A program made the position numbers and the translations under genes. This document shows, piece after piece, positions 38,262 to 47,194 of a DNA stretch of 64,000 nt (position 1 is its first letter; every line of letters begins with the position of its first letter). The DNA comes from Bacillota bacterium (lineage in GTDB: Bacteria > Bacillota > Limnochordia > Darwinibacteriales > Darwinibacteriaceae), in assembly GCA_030054835.1 (NCBI GenBank), contig JASGVS010000021.1, positions 6,079-70,078 on the forward strand, written 5' to 3'. Below the pieces are notes generated by a model. It saw only the letters and a list, made by a program, of their open reading frames with translations. It was not told the origin of the DNA and made no database searches.

Positions 38262-38903
38262 CTACTCCCCGTTAGAATCACGCTTTCTCACAAGCTCCCT
38301 GGTGTTACCGGCAATGTCAACCAACACAACCACCAGTTCAGCTGAATAATAGAACACAACCAGGGCCACAAAGCCCAACAGAAAACCGGACAGAATCGCC
38401 ACAAGGCCACCGAGAAAACCCGCAGATGCGGGTGAAAGACCGCCCAGCTGCAGTGATCCCAAACCCAAGAGGTGCAGTATATTCCGGCCTGCGATCCAAA
38501 TAGACAGGCCGCCGGCTAAGCCAGAAAAAACAGATGCACAAGCCATGAGCTCCCCAACCAGCTTGAGCGTGACGGAAAAGATGGGAGCAATCACATAACC
38601 CGTGTCAGTAAGTTCTTCCACTGTACGGGCCCGGAGCCAAATGGTGTGTATCCAGCAGTAGAGCAGAACAATGAGCAAAATCTGCACCACAACTCCCGCC
38701 AGTGTAGCGCTGCCTGAGATGGAGTAGTAATACCCTAACCTTCGGAGCTCAGCTACCTCACTCCAGCGACCAACCCACAGGGCAGCACCGCCCACTCCCA
38801 CCAAGATGGCAACCGCCCGCAGGATACCTGCGTATACCCTTCTGAATACCAAGCCCGAACTGAGCATGGACAAAACCCGCTGCATGAAAAAGAATCGAGA
38901 CAC
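38262..38903 (-). CDS. polytopic membrane protein, hypothetical
   Basis: ~6 hydrophobic helices, Gly-rich; start tentatively GTG 38903 (RBS GGAGGGGG + 7 nt). Confidence 0.5.
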   Translation of the reverse strand: MSRFFFMQRVLSMLSSGLVFRRVYAGILRAVAILVGVGGAALWVGRWSEVAELRRLGYYYSISGSATLAGVVVQILLIVLLYCWIHTIWLRARTVEELTDTGYVIAPIFSVTLKLVGELMACASVFSGLAGGLSIWIAGRNILHLLGLGSLQLGGLSPASAGFLGGLVAILSGFLLGFVALVVFYYSAELVVVLVDIAGNTRELVRKRDSNGE

Positions 38904-39006
38904 CGTCGTACCCCCTCCAGGAATTCCGTTATCTGATGTTTCCACGCGCTGCAGGCGAATCCTTCCTTTAGGGGTACAACAAAGCCGGGCGTTATACCCG
39001 GCCTTC

Positions 39007-39216
39007 TTAAGGTTCTTCCGTTGTACTACTCTCCAGTTTATCCTCGAGGCTGCGAATCATTTCTTCCCTGTGCTTTGTCTTTTCAATAACCCTCCTTTCC
39101 TGATCCTCAGGTAGTTCGCCTGTTTTCAACCTGTCTAGTGCTTCATCCATCCGTTCCCTGGTGTTCTCTAACTGTTCTTTATAAGTCTGTGCACCCTTCT
39201 GCCTCTTCTTGTCCAT
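39007..39216 (-). CDS. Tlp-like small acid-soluble spore protein paralogue
   Basis: 69 aa highly charged; shares L-P-E-[DE]-Q-x-R ... REE-x-I pattern with adjacent tlp; RBS AAGGAGA. Confidence 0.55.
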   Translation of the reverse strand: MDKKRQKGAQTYKEQLENTRERMDEALDRLKTGELPEDQERRVIEKTKHREEMIRSLEDKLESSTTEEP

Positions 39217-39230
39217 CACGGTCTCCTTTG

Positions 39231-39485
39231 TCAACTGTGGTGGGGATCGTTTTCCCGCCTCTGGCGAAACTCCCATTCATCCTTTATCTCTTTCCGCTTG
39301 CCAGCTATTGCCTCTTCGCGCCTGCGGTTCTTGGCCAGAAGTGCCTGACGCTGCTCTTCAGGCAGATCCTGCTGGAGAAGATCGTGCGCTTCCTCCAAAT
39401 TCTCAATGGTATTTACCACCTGTTCCTGCAGCTTTTCCGCGTTATCACTGCGATCGTCCGGTTTCGGCCTGCGGTCTCGGCCCAT
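39231..39485 (-). CDS. tlp: small acid-soluble spore protein Tlp (thioredoxin-like protein)
   Basis: PDDRSDNAEKLQEQVVNTIENLEEAHD closely matches B. subtilis Tlp ([27 protein letters not shown]); RBS AAGGAGGAG. Confidence 0.8.
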   Translation of the reverse strand: MGRDRRPKPDDRSDNAEKLQEQVVNTIENLEEAHDLLQQDLPEEQRQALLAKNRRREEAIAGKRKEIKDEWEFRQRRENDPHHS

Positions 39486-39599
39486 GATGCTCCTCCTTTC
39501 CAGGGAGTGTCTCTTCACCGTTAGTTTTCGCAGTCTGCGCATTTTTAGTCAAAAAAACACCTTCCCAACGGGAAGGCGCTTCTTTGCATTAGTGTTAAT

Positions 39600-40712
39600 T
39601 TAAGCCTGGTTCTGGCGGTACCGCAGATCCTGGATGCGGTCCGAAGCCAGCCGCTTGTGGCGGGGGTCTCCCCCGGTCATGGTGGCTGCCCTGTGGAAAT
39701 TGTTGAAAGCAGCACCGGTATTCCCCAACCGCAGTTCAAGCTCACCCAAGAGAATGTAAAGTTGCTGATCACCGGCCGCACTGCGGGCGCTTGTGGACAT
39801 GGCTTCCGCAAAGTAATCCCGGGCCTTTTCTGCCGCCGCTAGGGCCAGCTCCCCTTCCTCCAGATCTTCATAGATCCAGACCAAACGGAGCCAGAGGTTC
39901 GCCCACTGCTCTAATGTGGCTCCCACAATTTCAAAGCTGCGCATCGCTAGGTAATAGGAGATGATCACCTGTTGGATGGTGCGCTGGCCGTCAAAGGCGA
40001 AGTTGAAGTCCACTGGATTTCCCAACAGTACCTCCCGCCCCTTTTCCACTGCAGTACGCCGCAGCCGGTTAAAGCGTCGGGCAGGGTAGGCGAACGAACA
40101 CTGGGGGCAGACCCAGATGTAATAGAAATTAGGTTCAAAATTGCGATAGACCGTCCGAAAGTCGGGATCATGCCTTTCCATCTGCAGACGGGAAGTACGT
40201 TCCCTCAAGCCGGTAAACTCAGTACTGCAGATGGGGCAGGTCACTTCGGTAGGGAACACATACTCACCGTATTCCGCCGGTACCCTAGTGTTGAAAGTGG
40301 GGTGGCCTTCTGGCAGCAGATCACCTAACGTGCTTACCCTCTCTTCCTGCCCTTCCTGTACCCCCTGGAAGAAATTCATCGCTCCTTCATCGCTCACCCT
40401 GCGTGCCAGCTCGGAAAGCAGGGAACAGGCGAGACGGGGCTGACCCGCGAGGATACTGGTGATATTGTCCTTATTCAGCTCCAATACTTTGACATCTGTG
40501 GCACAGACCGCAGCATAGCTGTGGGTCGCCTCTTGGAAGAAGGCAACATCGCCAACAATTCCTGCCGGGCCCAGCAGTACCTGTTGGTCCCCTTTGGTCA
40601 CAATGATCCGACCGTCTAAGATGATGTAGACGGACGAAGCAGGATTGCCGGGAACAAACAGCACAGTTCCTTTAGCGTATGCTTGTACAAAATCAACTGC
40701 CAATGCTATCAT
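39600..40712 (-). CDS. cyclic-nucleotide-binding domain fused to DUF2225 (zinc-ribbon + TPR-like) protein
   Basis: N-terminal cNMP-binding beta-barrel pattern (VLFVPGNPASSVYIILDGRIIV...), then CPICSTEF...CPQCSFAY zinc ribbon and helical C-terminus as in DUF2225. Confidence 0.6.
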   Translation of the reverse strand: MIALAVDFVQAYAKGTVLFVPGNPASSVYIILDGRIIVTKGDQQVLLGPAGIVGDVAFFQEATHSYAAVCATDVKVLELNKDNITSILAGQPRLACSLLSELARRVSDEGAMNFFQGVQEGQEERVSTLGDLLPEGHPTFNTRVPAEYGEYVFPTEVTCPICSTEFTGLRERTSRLQMERHDPDFRTVYRNFEPNFYYIWVCPQCSFAYPARRFNRLRRTAVEKGREVLLGNPVDFNFAFDGQRTIQQVIISYYLAMRSFEIVGATLEQWANLWLRLVWIYEDLEEGELALAAAEKARDYFAEAMSTSARSAAGDQQLYILLGELELRLGNTGAAFNNFHRAATMTGGDPRHKRLASDRIQDLRYRQNQA

Positions 40713-40805
40713 CCTTTACCTCGGTAAACTATGCTTGACCTAGCACTTCTCCTTGCGAAGGAGAATTCCTGTTAAAAGGAAAAAGGGGGCACAGTGCCCC
40801 CTTTA

Positions 40806-41669
40806 CTACACTTTGAAACTCTCCACTAAGGCATGCACCACAGCCGTATCCCGTTCCTGCCTGACCAGGGGCGTTGTTAAGATGCCGCTGTACTGATCGG
40901 CAAGGGTCGGCCGTTCAACCTGGTAGAGAATGCCGATGGGGATCCGGTCCCCCCATTCCCAGCTCTTTTCCCAAGCCGCCTTGCGATCGGTACGGTCATA
41001 ACTCCCATCCTGGTCCAGATCGTACACCCGCTCCCGGTAATACTGGTAGGTGTTGATCTTGTTGAAGGTCACACAGGGTTGGAGAATGTCCACCAGGGCA
41101 AAGCCCCGATGCTGCACCGCGGCTTTAATGGTCCGCGTTAGGTGCTGCTGATCCCCTGCGTAACTGCGGGCAACAAAGCCGCCGTTTAGGGTGATGGCGG
41201 TAGCCAGCGGGTTAAACGCTTCGTTGGCCACACCCGCAGGCGTAGTTCCGGTCACCATACCCTGATCAGAACGGGGTGAGGCTTGTCCCTTAGTTAGACC
41301 AAATACCTGGTTATCATGGACCAAATAGGTAATGTCCACGTTCTTGCGAATGGCATGGAGGAAGTGGTTCCCTCCCTCGGCGTAGCCGTCACCGTCGCCG
41401 CCGATGGCAAACACGGTCAGGTCGCCGTTCGCCAGTTTCGCCCCGGTAGCGGTGGGAAGTGTTCGCCCGTGGAGCGTGTTCAGCACGTTACCGGCGATGT
41501 AGTGGGGCGTTTTGCCCGCCTGCCCAATGCCTGAGACATAAAGAACGTCTTGGGGCCTCAGCTCCAGTTCCTCCAGAGCCCGGCTCAGGGCACGCAGGAT
41601 ACCGAAGTTACCGCAGCCCGGGCACCAAGCCGTCTCTTTGGCAGTGACAAAGCCAATATCCTTAGTCAC
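40806..41669 (-). CDS. korB: 2-oxoacid:ferredoxin oxidoreductase beta subunit (TPP-binding)
   Basis: CPGCGNFGIL motif, GDG..Y.EG TPP-binding pattern; start GTG 41669 (RBS AAGGAGGTG + 6 nt), 8-nt overlap with alpha subunit stop. Confidence 0.85.
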   Translation of the reverse strand: MTKDIGFVTAKETAWCPGCGNFGILRALSRALEELELRPQDVLYVSGIGQAGKTPHYIAGNVLNTLHGRTLPTATGAKLANGDLTVFAIGGDGDGYAEGGNHFLHAIRKNVDITYLVHDNQVFGLTKGQASPRSDQGMVTGTTPAGVANEAFNPLATAITLNGGFVARSYAGDQQHLTRTIKAAVQHRGFALVDILQPCVTFNKINTYQYYRERVYDLDQDGSYDRTDRKAAWEKSWEWGDRIPIGILYQVERPTLADQYSGILTTPLVRQERDTAVVHALVESFKV

Positions 41670-43392
41670 AGGCGCCACCTCCTTTAAGCTCATTCAGGAT
41701 GTAGCAGGCGTTAATGGGTCTGCCATCATAGCGCCGCACACACCCGGTGGGTTTCCAGGCAAAGCGGGAGGCAATGAGTGCCTGCAGCTGGCCGGAAGCG
41801 TTTCCTTCCACCACATATTTCTCACCCGGCCCGGTCAAGATTTCCTCTAGACTGGCTGGCAGAGGGAAAACCTGCGGTAGGTGCACGCCTTGGGCTCTTG
41901 TACCGCGCTCATTTAAGTTGGCTACCGCTTCTGCAATAGCCCCTTTAGTGGAGCCGAAACCGATCAGCACCAGCTCGGGATCTTCGACGCCGCATATAAC
42001 CGGAGGAAGAGCCTCCTCTTCCACCAACTTCTGCTTGGCCATGCGCTTTTCCACCATTTTCCTCCGCATTTCCCCATCTTCCGTCAGGTGGCCCTTTTCA
42101 TCATGTTCGTCGCCGGCACTGATTACCAGCCCATCCCCGAAACCGGGGTAGAGCCTGGGTGAAATGCCGTCCTCGGTGAGCTTATAGCGGAGGTAGTCCG
42201 GTCCCCCTTCGGCTCCGGAGACCACTTTACCCCGATCGATCTCTACCCTATCTACGGAAAAGGGAGTCACAGTGGTATAGGAGTCGGCCAGGTGCTGATC
42301 GCTCAGTACCACAACGGGCATCTGATACCGTTCAGCCAAGTTAAAGGCATCGCCCATGAGATAGAAAGCTTCTTCCACGTCACCGGGGGCCAACACAGCC
42401 CGGGGGAAATCCCCGAAGGACATGGCCACCGCAAACGTTAGGTCTCCCTGTTCCGTCCTGGTGGGTAGTCCGGTACTGGGTCCCGGGCGCTGGGCATTCA
42501 CCACTACAATGGGGATTTCGGCTGAGCCAGCTAAACTGAGCGCCTCAGTCATTAAGGCAAAGCCCCCGCCCGAGGTGGCGGTCATGGCCCGTACCCCGGC
42601 AAAGCTTGCTCCAATTGCCATATTGATGGCAGAGATTTCATCTTCCGCTTGTTCCATCACAACGGAAGCCTTCCTGCCATTACGGGAGATGTATTCGGTC
42701 ACTCCCGTGGACGGCGTCATGGGATAGGCACTCATGAACTTAACACCGGCAGCTAACGCACCTAAGGGCAGGGCATCATTGCCGCTGAGCAGAATCCGCT
42801 CAGCGGGATGTTCCGGTCTTGCAGGTTTCTGCCTCTTGGAAGCAAGCCCCTGCACCCTGTCAAAGCCTGCTTTAGCAACCAATTGATTGCCTTCCACAAT
42901 CTCCGCACCACGGCGTCCGAAAAGTTCGCCTAAAACATCAGCCAAAACGGAAAAGTCATCGCTGAGGAATGCCCAAATGGCCCCGGCCGCAACTGCGTTA
43001 GCCATAATCCGCGGCTGGCCCAGCTCTTCCGTTACCTGGGCAAAGGGTAGGGCGATGTAATTCTCACCTGGGGTAAAGGGCAGCTCCTCGTTTCTGAAAA
43101 CGTCCGGATCGTAGATTACCAAACTGTCCTCGGTCAAATTCTTCCTGGCTCGACCAATGGTGGCCCGATCGAGGGAGACAGTTAAATCAAGCTTGTCCAC
43201 CCAAGTGGCAATCGGTTCATTGGCCAAGCGAATCTGGAAGTAGTTGTTCCCACCGCGGATCCTCGATTCATAGTCCTGGTGGGCGAACAGATACCAACCT
43301 TCCCGGGCAATCGCTCGCAGCAAAATGCTGCCTATGGATACCAGCCCTTGCCCCGCTTCGCCTCCAATTCTGATGTTAAAGGTGTTTGACAT
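41662..43392 (-). CDS. korA: 2-oxoacid:ferredoxin oxidoreductase alpha subunit (N-terminal gamma-like domain fused)
   Basis: MSNTFNIRIGGEAGQGLVSIGSIL (gamma-type start) followed by PFOR alpha domains; 576 aa. Confidence 0.85.
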   Translation of the reverse strand: MSNTFNIRIGGEAGQGLVSIGSILLRAIAREGWYLFAHQDYESRIRGGNNYFQIRLANEPIATWVDKLDLTVSLDRATIGRARKNLTEDSLVIYDPDVFRNEELPFTPGENYIALPFAQVTEELGQPRIMANAVAAGAIWAFLSDDFSVLADVLGELFGRRGAEIVEGNQLVAKAGFDRVQGLASKRQKPARPEHPAERILLSGNDALPLGALAAGVKFMSAYPMTPSTGVTEYISRNGRKASVVMEQAEDEISAINMAIGASFAGVRAMTATSGGGFALMTEALSLAGSAEIPIVVVNAQRPGPSTGLPTRTEQGDLTFAVAMSFGDFPRAVLAPGDVEEAFYLMGDAFNLAERYQMPVVVLSDQHLADSYTTVTPFSVDRVEIDRGKVVSGAEGGPDYLRYKLTEDGISPRLYPGFGDGLVISAGDEHDEKGHLTEDGEMRRKMVEKRMAKQKLVEEEALPPVICGVEDPELVLIGFGSTKGAIAEAVANLNERGTRAQGVHLPQVFPLPASLEEILTGPGEKYVVEGNASGQLQALIASRFAWKPTGCVRRYDGRPINACYILNELKGGGACD

Positions 43393-43404
43393 AACAACCC
43401 CCTT

Positions 43405-43908
43405 TTAGAAGGATACGAACCTATCTTTCTTAGCACTGCAGATCGGGCATTTTTCAGGAATTTCGCCGTCAACGGTGTAACCGCAGATGTCGCAGATGTG
43501 GATTGTGCCGATCTCGATGTCCGACTTCTCCATAACTACCTTCTTGGCGTCAGTATACATTTGCGCGTGGATTTTCTCTGCTTCTAGGGCGTAATGGGTG
43601 GAACGGACCGCTCCCTTTTCTTCCTGCAGTTCGGCCACGGCTTTGTAAGCTGGGTACATTTCTTCGATTTCGAAGTTTTCACCGTCAATACCATCCTGGA
43701 GATTGGCAACTGAATCGTTGATGCCGCCAAGTTCCTTGAGGTGGTTGCGAGCGTGTACCAGTTCGGCGTAAGCAATTGCTTTAAAGAGCCGTGCTACATT
43801 GGGAAAGCCCTCTTTCTCTGCCACGTCGCTGTACAGCAGGTACTTCATGTGTGCTTGGCTTTCGCCTGCAAAAGCATCCCTTAAGTTCTGTTCCGTCATA
43901 ATTCTCAT
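43405..43908 (-). CDS. rubrerythrin
   Basis: Diiron ferritin-like ExxH motifs plus C-terminal rubredoxin CDICGYT...CPICSA; start ATG 43908 with TAGGAGGAA RBS. Confidence 0.88.
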   Translation of the reverse strand: MRIMTEQNLRDAFAGESQAHMKYLLYSDVAEKEGFPNVARLFKAIAYAELVHARNHLKELGGINDSVANLQDGIDGENFEIEEMYPAYKAVAELQEEKGAVRSTHYALEAEKIHAQMYTDAKKVVMEKSDIEIGTIHICDICGYTVDGEIPEKCPICSAKKDRFVSF

Positions 43909-43952
43909 CTGTGCATTCCTCCTATATGTTTTTATTTTCTTTGGTGTCAAGT

Positions 43953-44507
43953 TTAGCTTTCGGGTGGGGTTACCCTCCGCCCGGATATGTAGTACTGGTT
44001 ACCGCCCAGATGGTGGAGCAGCTCGGCGTCTTCTACCCAGTGGCCCCCGACAAAGAGGTCGTCGCGGGCACTAGCCGCCACAATTTCACCCACAAACAGG
44101 TGATGATCACCAATCACGTGGGTCTCCACAACCCTGCATTCCACATGGGCCAGACATTCTTCAGTCGAGGGGGCACCCACCACACTGCTGGGTACAGCAG
44201 TCAGCTCAATGTCCTGGAACTTATCCACATCCCGGCCCGAAACCCTGCCGCACCTAGCTACCTGGGTCAGGAGATCGGCACCGGCCACGTTGAGCACGAA
44301 TTCCCCGCTTTCTCCGATCAGTTCTGTTGTAAACCGCCCGTTCCCAACCGCTATGCCTAAGAGCCGCGGCTGAGCGGAGATGGGAGTCTGCCAGGCCAGT
44401 GTCATGATGTTAGTGTGCCCTCGCGCTGCACTGGTGACCAAAAGCACGCTGCCGGCATTGAGGATTCGGTGTGCCGATTGAATTGGTACCGCTTTTTTCA
44501 ATTCCAC
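43953..44507 (-). CDS. flavin reductase-like FMN-binding protein (flavoredoxin-type)
   Basis: Flavin_Reduct split-barrel pattern (IMTLAWQTPIS...GESGEFVLNV...); candidate promoter TTGAAG-17-TAAAAT upstream (44532-44560). Confidence 0.75.
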   Translation of the reverse strand: MELKKAVPIQSAHRILNAGSVLLVTSAARGHTNIMTLAWQTPISAQPRLLGIAVGNGRFTTELIGESGEFVLNVAGADLLTQVARCGRVSGRDVDKFQDIELTAVPSSVVGAPSTEECLAHVECRVVETHVIGDHHLFVGEIVAASARDDLFVGGHWVEDAELLHHLGGNQYYISGRRVTPPES

Positions 44508-44707
44508 TTCCTCCCCCTTCCCGAAAACTAAGTAGTCTCCTCTATTTTATATCATAATTCGTCCCACTTCAATCTTGTTAACCCATTGTTATTTCTTTCA
44601 CTCTTGCTATACATTCCCATTTAACCAACTACTAAATGCTGGGGTAAAACACATGTTTTCCACATAATGTTGTGGGCAACTTGTGTATAATGTGGATAAC
44701 TATTTAT

Positions 44708-45379
44708 TCAGCCCACTTGATGGAGGATGGAATTGCCCTGTCTACCTGCCTCTAAGAGCCAACCCGCCTTCCTCAGCGTGTATGTAACCTTGCGGGCGGC
44801 CTGTTCCGATATCCGCGCCATATCTGCCAACTGTTTGTTTGTAAAGGGCTCAGGCAGATCGGACGGCAGTACTGACAGATAGTCCCCCGCTGACCCAAAC
44901 ACTTGCTTACCCGTCACTGCACAGAGGCGCCGATCTACGATGCTCACTCCCCTGCGACGCCAGCTGCCCCTGCCGTCATCGCAGCGGATCTCTTCCTCCA
45001 CTATATACACTGCTTCCACTGTTAGATTGGGATGGGGAAGGAATTGGGGAATGCGAATCAGCTCCCCGAAGAGATCGTAGATCGTGCCCTTTTTGGGTGA
45101 TCTGCGCCTGGTCAGCACCTCACCGGTAGTCTGATCCACATAAACGAGATACCGCTCCAGGGGGATGGGGAAAACCACATGGAGCCTGTAATTGGGCAGC
45201 AGGCTCCTTAGCTTTGGCTTCAGGGCAGAAAAATTGCCCGTTTGAATTTCAAGCAGGCAGTCCCCTTGGACCAGGTCGATAATGTAGCCATCCACTTCCG
45301 CTTCCACCCGAGCCCCGGGACGCCTGTAGTATTCCTTCAGACCCCCATGGAGGGAACCCTCGTTGCGGGTGCCGATCAT
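44708..45379 (-). CDS. hypothetical protein, PD-(D/E)XK nuclease-like N-region with C-terminal winged-helix-like segment
   Basis: GYIIDLVQGDCLLEIQTG resembles D...E.Q/K nuclease core; start ATG 45379 overlapping upstream stop as ATGA. Confidence 0.4.
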   Translation of the reverse strand: MIGTRNEGSLHGGLKEYYRRPGARVEAEVDGYIIDLVQGDCLLEIQTGNFSALKPKLRSLLPNYRLHVVFPIPLERYLVYVDQTTGEVLTRRRSPKKGTIYDLFGELIRIPQFLPHPNLTVEAVYIVEEEIRCDDGRGSWRRRGVSIVDRRLCAVTGKQVFGSAGDYLSVLPSDLPEPFTNKQLADMARISEQAARKVTYTLRKAGWLLEAGRQGNSILHQVG

Positions 45380-46653
45380 GCCCCTAGTCCCCAGAGCAGC
45401 CACACCAGCACATAACCGGTGGTAACGGCGGCCAAGGTGAAGGGAACGCTGAGCTTCATGAACTCCCCTGCCCCAACTTGGTACCCTTCCTTACTCAAAA
45501 GACCAAGGCCAGTAATATTGGCGGAAGCGCCGATGGGCGTTAAGTTCCCACCGAGGGTTGCTCCAATCAAGAGGGCGAAGTAAAGCAGATTGGGCTCGAC
45601 CCCTAAAAGGTTCGCTACGCCCTGTACCACTGGAAGCATGGTTGCCACATATGGTATGTTATCCACAAAGCCCGAAACTACAACCGAAAGCCAAACGATA
45701 ACGGTGTAAACGACAAAAACATTGCCCTGACCCAAGTTCGCAATGAACGAACTGATGCGGTCAATCACACCTACCTGGGTAAGGCCGCCGATCACAATGA
45801 AAAGACCGCCCAACAGAGCTAAGGTGAAGTAATCAATATCTACCAGCACGTCTTTAATGACCTGGGCACCTTTGCCTTTGGCCACCTCCCGCAGCAGACC
45901 TACTACTAACAGGGCTACGCAGATAAGTCCATTGGTGATGTCAGGCTTGTTCGGTATAAAGGAAGCTAGAATAAGTAGTACAATCATGGCAACCAACAGA
46001 TAGCCGGGGAAATAGTCCGTTACCTCCGTGCGCTCCTGGGGAGTAACCTCCTGTTTGTTGCTGCGCAGTACGAAAAAGAGGACTGCGGTGGCAGCGATGG
46101 CTCCAGCCTGAACAATCCAAAAAAGACCAGGTTTTCCCTGAATAAAGAAGAAGTCCAAAAAGTCCAAGCCCGCATGTCCACCCAGCATAATGGATGTGGC
46201 ATCACCAACTAGTGTGGCTGCCCCCTGTAGGTTTGAAGCGATGGACACTGCAATTACGCTGATCACCGGTGACACATTCTGCTTCTTGGCCACAGTGATG
46301 GCAATGGGAGCAACGATTAAAACGGTGGCAACATTATCCACAAAAGCGGAAATGGCGCCGGAAAACAGGGACAAGGCCACAATCGCCCAGCGGATGGTGG
46401 GGGTTTTTTCCAAAATCAGGTCGGCCAATAAAGCGGGCATGCCCGTGGCGATGAACATGGAGACAATCCCCATCGTCCCGGAAATCATTAAAATAACATT
46501 CCAATCAATGAATCCCAAGGCCGCGCTGCCGGGAACGATGCCGAGCACGATAAAAAGGAGGGCTGCCAGTACAGCCACATGGGCCCGGATCCGGGGAAAA
46601 GCGAGTAGTAATACGTAAGTTACGGCAAAGATAATTAAAGCAGTCTGCTCCAA
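45376..46653 (-). CDS. ArsB/NhaD-superfamily anion/cation permease (YbiR-like)
   Basis: 425 aa, ~12 TM with internal repeat typical of ArsB/NhaD/CitMHS superfamily. Confidence 0.65.
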   Translation of the reverse strand: MEQTALIIFAVTYVLLLAFPRIRAHVAVLAALLFIVLGIVPGSAALGFIDWNVILMISGTMGIVSMFIATGMPALLADLILEKTPTIRWAIVALSLFSGAISAFVDNVATVLIVAPIAITVAKKQNVSPVISVIAVSIASNLQGAATLVGDATSIMLGGHAGLDFLDFFFIQGKPGLFWIVQAGAIAATAVLFFVLRSNKQEVTPQERTEVTDYFPGYLLVAMIVLLILASFIPNKPDITNGLICVALLVVGLLREVAKGKGAQVIKDVLVDIDYFTLALLGGLFIVIGGLTQVGVIDRISSFIANLGQGNVFVVYTVIVWLSVVVSGFVDNIPYVATMLPVVQGVANLLGVEPNLLYFALLIGATLGGNLTPIGASANITGLGLLSKEGYQVGAGEFMKLSVPFTLAAVTTGYVLVWLLWGLGA

Positions 46654-46773
46654 CTTAAAAACCCTTCCTTCTATTTTGTTCCGTTCCTCAATTTACTTCT
46701 TCTTATCCCTGTAAATTCCTGTCGCATCTCGCAGGTCCCATCCCTTGGGGAAATCTGCTAGTGTGTGAAATCC

Positions 46774-46802
46774 TTGACTTAATTGCTGGGTATGATATGA
46801 TT
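46774..46802 (+). promoter_or_regulatory. candidate promoter for riboswitch-led transcript
   Basis: TTGACT at 46774-46779 followed 16-18 nt later by TATGAT/ATGATT/TGATTA; orientation fits downstream riboswitch. Confidence 0.4.
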
Positions 46803-46829
46803 ATTAAGGTAATCAAAAAACTCAAACTT

Positions 46830-46960
46830 TTTCACTCCGAATTTCCATCGGAAAGCGGGAGACCCATCTTTTTTTGGGGTGAATCCTGTTCATCAGGTAG
46901 GGCAGCTTGGGAGCCCGAACCCGTCAGCTAACCCCGTAGGAGTACCCCAGGCGTAGTGCT
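46830..46960 (+). promoter_or_regulatory. c-di-AMP riboswitch (ydaO/kimA class, RF00379-like)
   Basis: Contains the conserved ydaO-motif blocks GGGGTGAATCC, GGGAGCC and CCGAACCCGTCAGCTAACCCCGTAGG in the expected order; lies 5' of the mrp operon on the same strand. Confidence 0.65.
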
Positions 46961-47077
46961 TGCTTTTTGCAGCCTGCGCTTTTTCAATTGTCTGGAAAAA
47001 TTGCTGTGGGGTGATCTCTTGCTGACACGATGGGAAGTTTCTTTGCCATATTTCGGATACACATACAAGCCGTGTGA

Positions 47078-47125
47078 GGGGAAGGCCCGGCGCCAAACCC
47101 CGCCTTCCCGTACGGCTATATTTGT
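47078..47125 (+). terminator. hairpin + T-tract (possible expression-platform terminator)
   Basis: GGGGAAGGC-15 nt loop-GCCTTCCC stem followed by TATATTTGTGATTTTTTT, ~70 nt before mrpE start. Confidence 0.45.
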
Positions 47126-47194
47126 GATTTTTTTAACTTAGTGTTTTTCAACGATTTTGGTCTTACTACAAGTTCATGAAGAAGGTGGTTTAGC

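Noticed and set aside
44685-44695. Perfect extended -10 (TGTGTATAAT) on the plus strand as a promoter for a protein gene
   Set aside because: No plus-strand ORF follows for more than 2 kb, because the downstream genes are all on the minus strand. It is kept only as a possible antisense or sRNA start in the findings.
46893-47141. Small ORFs (67 aa minus, 61 aa plus) between the permease and mrpE
   Set aside because: They overlap the c-di-AMP riboswitch and terminator hairpins, have no RBS, and have biased composition. The region is better explained as structured leader RNA.
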